NCBI GenBank assembly: GCA_963715425.1
Contig: CAVQSE010000004.1
Span: 81,242 to 145,241 of the forward strand
Direction of reading: 5' to 3'
Source of the DNA: an uncultured Iamiaceae bacterium
GTDB lineage: Bacteria > Actinomycetota > Acidimicrobiia > Acidimicrobiales > Acidimicrobilacustridaceae
DNA length: 64,000 bases
Position 1 is the first letter of the stretch. Every line of letters begins with the position of its first letter. Of this stretch, positions 58,960 through 64,000 are shown one piece after another. The translations under genes and the position numbers were made by a program. Below the pieces are notes generated by a model. That model had not been told where the DNA came from. It saw nothing but the letters and a program-made list of their open reading frames with translations, and ran no database searches.

Positions 58960-60191
58960 TCGCCCGATCAGGCGGAGGGGATGCCCTGGACCAGGGCGGC
59001 CATGTCGCTCGGGGGAGCCCGGGGTGTCGTCGTAGGTCACACCCGACCCGCTGCACGGCGCTCCCTGGCCCGACGCGCGGCCCAGCTCCGGGGTCAGCTT
59101 CGGGTTGGCCGCGCTGAAGACGCCCCAAGGGCTCTCGCAGCCCGGTACGACCCAGGCATGGGCCATCCAGGCGTTCGAGCCGTCGTTCTTGGTGCCGCCG
59201 CGAGCGGCGCACTCCTCGGCCGACGTGCGCCGACCCGCCCACGACGACGGCGCTCCGCACGCACAGGCCGATGTGCTGGTGGAACTCGACGTTGCCGCCG
59301 ACGAACGTCTGCTCCGGGCGAGGGCTCGGTCGGCGACAGCAGGTAGTAGCTGAGGCCGACCATGGTGGCGTCGTCGCCGGTGCCGTCGTAGAGGAGCATC
59401 TCGGGCTCGTCGATCACGAAGGTGTCGTCGACGTAGCCGAAGTTCATCCAGTGCGACGCGATCTCGGGCAGGTAGGTCGTGACCATCACGTACCCGGCGG
59501 CGCGGGCGTCGGCGGCGGTCGGGTAGCGCGCCGCCACCGCGGCGGCCTGGTCGATCTCGGCCTGGAGCTGGGTGCAGGTGGCGAGGTCGGTGATCGGGGT
59601 CCAGGCCTGCGGGCCCTTGTGCTCGCCGTGGCTCTCGTCCCCGGCGCCCACGAGCGCTGGGGAAGCGGTCTCACCGCTCCCCGCTCCCGCTGCGGCGTGG
59701 TCGTGAGCTCCGTTGCCGAGGTCGAGGCCGGCGGCGACGGCCTCGCGGTAGTAGCCGGCGGTGTTCATGGCCAGGTCGCAACGTGCCGGTGCGGCGGCCT
59801 CGGTGTGGTCGTGCCCGTCGGCGGCCACGCCGGTGCCCGCCACCTCCGACGGCGAGGCCGAACCGGTGAGGCTCGACGACGACGCCCCGGTGAGGCCGGC
59901 CACCACGAGCAGAGCCGCCGCTGCAGGGGCGCCGAACTGGGCCAGGCGTCGACCGGGCGAGGCGTCGGTCGACGGGCGGTAGAGGCGAGGGCCCACGAGG
60001 GCCAGCACCGCGCCCACGGCGACGGCGACGAGGCCGCCCACGAACAGCGCGTGCCCGATGTTCTCGAGGCTCAGCGCGCCGTCGGCCCCCAGGTCGTCGG
60101 AGGCATGCAGCCATGCGTCGACCCCGAGCCCGCTCACCTGCGCCAGTGCCCCGCCGGCCACCAGGCCCAGCCCCAGCTTGCGTGCGTCCAT
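58960..60191 (-). CDS. Hypothetical membrane-anchored His-rich protein (frameshifted, 3' end approximate)
   Basis: Three TM segments, then SHW, PEMLLY, FHQHIGLC, WMAHAWVVPGCESPWGVFSAANP across frames. Confidence 0.65.
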
Positions 60192-60385
60192 CCCCGAGCC
60201 TCCGTGCGCCGGCGGTGCTGCCGGACCCCCGAGGGTACCCGTGACGCACGCCACACTCCCAGACCCGTCGTGGACCGGTGTTCAGCCGGCTGTCAGGACC
60301 GGCGACGTGTGCCGTCGGTGATCGACCCGCGGGTGCGCCCCGCTCGCCGGGCCGCCGATGTCGGGGGACCGGCGATACTGGCCCG

Positions 60386-61696
60386 GTGACCACTGCGACC
60401 ACCGTCCTCGACCTGCTCGCCGACTGCCTCCGCGCCCAGGGAGCCCGACGCGCCTTCCGGGCACCGGGCAGCGAGATCCCGGCGTTGGCGGGGCTCGTCG
60501 AGGTCGAGGTGGCGAGCGAGGAGCTGGCCGTCGTCCTGGCCGACGCCGACGGGCGGTTGGCCTGGGGTGTCGGCGCCGGCCCCGGCGTGGCCCTCCTCGC
60601 CGGTCGCCGGATCCGGCTCTCGTCCCAGCCGGGGGAGCAGGTCGAACCGCAGCAGGTCCTCGAGCCCACGTCGCTCCCGGCGGCGGTGGCCGGATGGTCG
60701 CTCGGTGAGGTCCACGCGGCCGTCGAGCTCGATCTCTTCGTGGACCTGTTCGCCCCTCGGCCGGCCGGCGTCGAGGCGATCGCCCTCGATGCCGCATCCG
60801 ATCAGCTCATCACGTTGTCCCCGACCCTGGCCGACTTCCGCACCGTGCTCCTGGTCGGTCCGGGGGTGCGCCGCGCCGGGCAGCTGGCGGCCGTCGCCGA
60901 GGCGGCGCGCCGCACGGGGGCGATGGTGGTCACCACCCTCGGGGCGGTGGGATCGCTGGCCCTGGACGATCCGGCCTGGGGCGGGGTCGTCGGGCTCCAG
61001 GTCGACGACGTGGTGCGCTCGGGCCTCGCCGACGCCGAGCTGGTCATCGCCGTGGGCGTCGACCCGACCGAAGCCGTCGATCTCCTCCCCGCTGACGCCC
61101 AGGTCCTCGACGTCGAGCCCTGGCACCTCGGGCTCATGGCCCAGCACTGGCCCGACCCCAACGAGGCGCCGCCCACCTCCGAGCTCGTCGAACGCCTGGG
61201 CGACGTGGCGAGGTTGCCGCCCGACCCGACCCTTCCGCTCAGCCCCATCCGGGCCACCGTCGAGGTCGCGGGAGCGGTGGACGACGGGGGGCTCCTCCTC
61301 GCCGACGCCGGCCCCGCCGGCCTGTGGCTGGCCCGTGGGCTGACGCCGAGCGCGGCCACCGTCGTGGTCCCGGCGCGTCCGGCTCGTGGCTTCGCCGCCG
61401 CCGCCGCACTGATCGGTGGACTCGACGGTCGGCCGGCCGTCGCCGTCACCACCGCCCCGGTCGACCCGCTCAGCGAGGCGCTCCTCGATCTCGCCGCGTC
61501 GCTCGACGTGCCCCTCGTCCTGGAGGTGTGGGGCGGTGAGGCCTCCTGGGCCTCAGCCGACGAGCACCTCGAGCGCCTCGAGGCCGCGGTGGCCGCCGGC
61601 GGTGTCCATCGCCTGGCCGTGCCGGTCGATCTGTCCGGCACGCGTGTGCTGGTCGAGGTGGCCGGACCGGTGTCGGCGTGGTCCCGCGAGGGGTGA
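60386..61696 (+). CDS. Degenerate thiamine-diphosphate enzyme-like protein
   Basis: LAVVLADADGRL..GPGVA, LVGPGVRR, ADAELVIAVGVDP.E, DAGPAGLW; no GDG motif. Confidence 0.55.
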   Translation: MTTATTVLDLLADCLRAQGARRAFRAPGSEIPALAGLVEVEVASEELAVVLADADGRLAWGVGAGPGVALLAGRRIRLSSQPGEQVEPQQVLEPTSLPAAVAGWSLGEVHAAVELDLFVDLFAPRPAGVEAIALDAASDQLITLSPTLADFRTVLLVGPGVRRAGQLAAVAEAARRTGAMVVTTLGAVGSLALDDPAWGGVVGLQVDDVVRSGLADAELVIAVGVDPTEAVDLLPADAQVLDVEPWHLGLMAQHWPDPNEAPPTSELVERLGDVARLPPDPTLPLSPIRATVEVAGAVDDGGLLLADAGPAGLWLARGLTPSAATVVVPARPARGFAAAAALIGGLDGRPAVAVTTAPVDPLSEALLDLAASLDVPLVLEVWGGEASWASADEHLERLEAAVAAGGVHRLAVPVDLSGTRVLVEVAGPVSAWSREG

Positions 61697-61756
61697 CCGG
61701 GCGGCACGGTCGCGCCCACGAGGCGTGGAGGTGCCGACGGTAAGGTCCCGCCCAGC

Positions 61757-61795
61757 ATCGATCACGCCGATCGATCATGCCGATCGACCACGCCG
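61757..61795 (+). repeat. Three tandem 13-bp direct repeats
   Basis: ATCGATCACGCCG / ATCGATCATGCCG / ATCGACCACGCCG. Confidence 0.75.
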
Positions 61796-61817
61796 ACCAG
61801 CCGACCCGGGGGAGACC

Positions 61818-63461
61818 ATGGCCACCGTGCCCGAGACCTTCAACTTCGCCGACCTCTGGGAGGCGGTGGCCGAACGGGTCCCCGAGCGCGAGGCCCTCGT
61901 CTGCGGGGCCGATCGTCGCACCTACGCCGAGCTCGAGGAGCACGCCAACCGCCTGGCCCATTGGATGCTCGAGCAGGGTGTCCGGCCCGGTGACTACGTG
62001 GGGCTCTACCTCACCAACTCCGTCGAGTGGGTCGAGGCGTTCCTGGCCTGCTTCAAGATCCGGGCCGTCCCCATCAACGTGAACTACCGCTACGTCGCCG
62101 AAGAGTTGGCCTATCTGTTCGCCGACGCCGGGATCGTCGGGGTCTTCGTCGACCAGGGCTTCGGCGACACACTGGCCCACGTCGCCCCCGACCTCGTCAC
62201 CCTGGGCTGGGCCGTGGTGGTCGACGACGACAGCGACGCCGACCTGACCGCGCTGCACGATTCGGAGCTGGCGGTCGTGACCTACGCCGAGGCCCAGTCC
62301 GCCGGCTCTCCCGAGCGGGGCTTCGGGCCCCGGTCGAACGACGACCTCTACGTGATCTACACGGGCGGTACCACCGGCATGCCCAAGGGCGTCGTGTGGC
62401 GTCACGAGGACGCCCTCTACGCGTGCATCGGCGGTGGCGATCCGATGCGCATGCTCGGGCCGGTCGACGAGCCGGCGCAGATGCTCGACCGCATCGTGCC
62501 GAGCTTCGTGTTCCACCCCGTCGCCCCGCTGATGCACGCCGCCGGCCAGTGGACGATGTTGAGCCTGCTCTTCTGCGGCGGCAAGAACGTGCTGCTCGAC
62601 GGCAGCCTCGATCCGGCCGAGGTCTGGCGCACCATCGAGCGGGAGGGCGTGAACACCATCAGCGTCGTGGGCGACGCCGTGGTGAAGCCGATGCTCGACG
62701 CCTGGGAGGCCGAAGGGCCCTTCGACGTCTCGTCGCTGCTGGCCATCGGCTCGGGTGGCGCACCCCTCACTCCGGCGACGCGCGCCCGGGCCCTGTCGCT
62801 TCTTCCGTCGGTGACGATCACCGACGGGTACGGATCGTCGGAGACGGGGGCCCAGACCTCCCGGAGTTTCACCGTCGACGGCGGTTCCGAGACCTTCACC
62901 GCCTTCGGCACCGACCGGTCGACGGCGGTGATCGACCCCGAGACCCGGACCCTGGTCGAGCCGGGGAGCGGTGTCACCGGGCGGGTCGGCCGGCGGGGGC
63001 GCATCCCGTTGCGCTACCACAACGATCCCGTCAAGACCGATGAGACCATCGTCGAGGTCGACGGGGATCGGTGGATCCTGACCGGCGATCAGGCCACCGT
63101 CGAAGCCGACGGTTCCATCGCCCTGCTCGGCCGGGGCTCGGCGTGCATCAACACGGGCGGCGAGAAGGTGTATCCCGAGGAGGTCGAAGCGGTGATCGCC
63201 GGGCACCCTGCGGTCTACGACGCCGTCGTCGTCGGCGCTCCCGACGAACGTTGGGGTGAGAGGGTCACCGCGGTCGTGCAGCTGCGGCCGGGGCAGAGCC
63301 TGACCCTCGACGAGCTCGACGCCTACTGCCGGCCCCACCTCGCCGGCTACAAGCTGCCCCGCAGCCTGGTGCTGGTCGACCGGGTCGTACGCACCCCTGC
63401 GGGCAAGGCCGACCACCGCTGGGCCAAGGCCACCGCGGCGGAGGAGCTGTCCTCGAGCTGA
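61818..63461 (+). CDS. Acyl-CoA synthetase, FadD19-like
   Basis: NVNYRY, YTGGTTGMPKGVVWRHED, YGSSETG, INTGGEKVYPEEVE. Confidence 0.9.
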   Translation: MATVPETFNFADLWEAVAERVPEREALVCGADRRTYAELEEHANRLAHWMLEQGVRPGDYVGLYLTNSVEWVEAFLACFKIRAVPINVNYRYVAEELAYLFADAGIVGVFVDQGFGDTLAHVAPDLVTLGWAVVVDDDSDADLTALHDSELAVVTYAEAQSAGSPERGFGPRSNDDLYVIYTGGTTGMPKGVVWRHEDALYACIGGGDPMRMLGPVDEPAQMLDRIVPSFVFHPVAPLMHAAGQWTMLSLLFCGGKNVLLDGSLDPAEVWRTIEREGVNTISVVGDAVVKPMLDAWEAEGPFDVSSLLAIGSGGAPLTPATRARALSLLPSVTITDGYGSSETGAQTSRSFTVDGGSETFTAFGTDRSTAVIDPETRTLVEPGSGVTGRVGRRGRIPLRYHNDPVKTDETIVEVDGDRWILTGDQATVEADGSIALLGRGSACINTGGEKVYPEEVEAVIAGHPAVYDAVVVGAPDERWGERVTAVVQLRPGQSLTLDELDAYCRPHLAGYKLPRSLVLVDRVVRTPAGKADHRWAKATAAEELSSS

Positions 63462-63490
63462 GGCGCGGACCGGTCTGGCAGGATGCGGCC

Positions 63491-64000
63491 ATGACCGACA
63501 CCGACCCCGCTGACGCCATGACCGGATCCCCGACCACGCGCAGTGGACCGTTGGCCGGCGTCACCGTGGTCGAGCTCGTGGGGCTCGGACCGGCGCCCTT
63601 CGGGGCGATGGTGCTGGCCGACTACGGCGCCGACGTCATCGCCGTCGACCGGCCCGCCAAGGTCACCGGGGCGCCGGTCGAATCGGCGCGCATGGGTGTC
63701 TTCAACCGGAATCGGCGCACCGTCGCCGTCGACCTGAAGTCACCCGAGGGCCTCGAGGTCGTCCGTCGCCTCACCGACACCGCCGATGTCTTCGTGGAGG
63801 GCTTCCGCCCCGGGGTCACCGAGCGCCTCGGTCTGGGGCCCGACGACCTCTGCGGTCGCAATCCGGGGTTGATCTACGCCCGGATGACCGGGTGGGGACA
63901 GACCGGCCCGTGGGCCGATCGGGCGGGCCACGACATCAACTACATCGCGATGGCCGGGCCGCTGGCCCACATCGGGCGGGCGGGCCAGCCCCCCACCGTG
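63491..64000 (+). CDS. CaiB/BaiF CoA-transferase / alpha-methylacyl-CoA racemase, 3'-truncated by window edge
   Basis: GPLAG..VVEL.GLGPAPF, VDLKS, EGFRPGVTERLGLGP, GHDINY. Confidence 0.9.
   Translation, partial: MTDTDPADAMTGSPTTRSGPLAGVTVVELVGLGPAPFGAMVLADYGADVIAVDRPAKVTGAPVESARMGVFNRNRRTVAVDLKSPEGLEVVRRLTDTADVFVEGFRPGVTERLGLGPDDLCGRNPGLIYARMTGWGQTGPWADRAGHDINYIAMAGPLAHIGRAGQPPTV

Overview
High-GC core-chromosome window from an actinobacterium. Gene content and order suggest class Acidimicrobiia (inference). It contains about 64 CDS and one tRNA-Arg(CCG); no transposase, integrase, phage gene or CRISPR array was seen. Main blocks: mrp-DUF3107-tandem ArsA/Get3 ATPases-pdtaS-whiB1; etfBA; the SCO1664/DUF3090/MSMEG_4193 trio; an orphan FrhB-type protein; the conserved argS-lysA-hom-thrC-rho-rpmE-prfA-prmC-glyA-wecA-atp region; and a steroid/lipid-catabolic block (fadE31/32-like, fadD19-like, CoA-transferase/racemase). 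At least 15 genes, including essential argS and atpH, are broken by single-base indels, which points to long-read consensus error rather than pseudogenes. Best leads: an ApgM-type enzyme in the thrB slot; a DUF4397 secreted protein ending in a bare P-x-x-T-G motif behind a SigK-like promoter; a twin CTGACG-N3-CGTCAG operator at steroid-catabolic genes; an NO/Fe-S gene cluster with a Rex-like box; and a degenerate nuclease-fold gene coupled to prfA. All family calls come from motif recognition by eye, not database searches.
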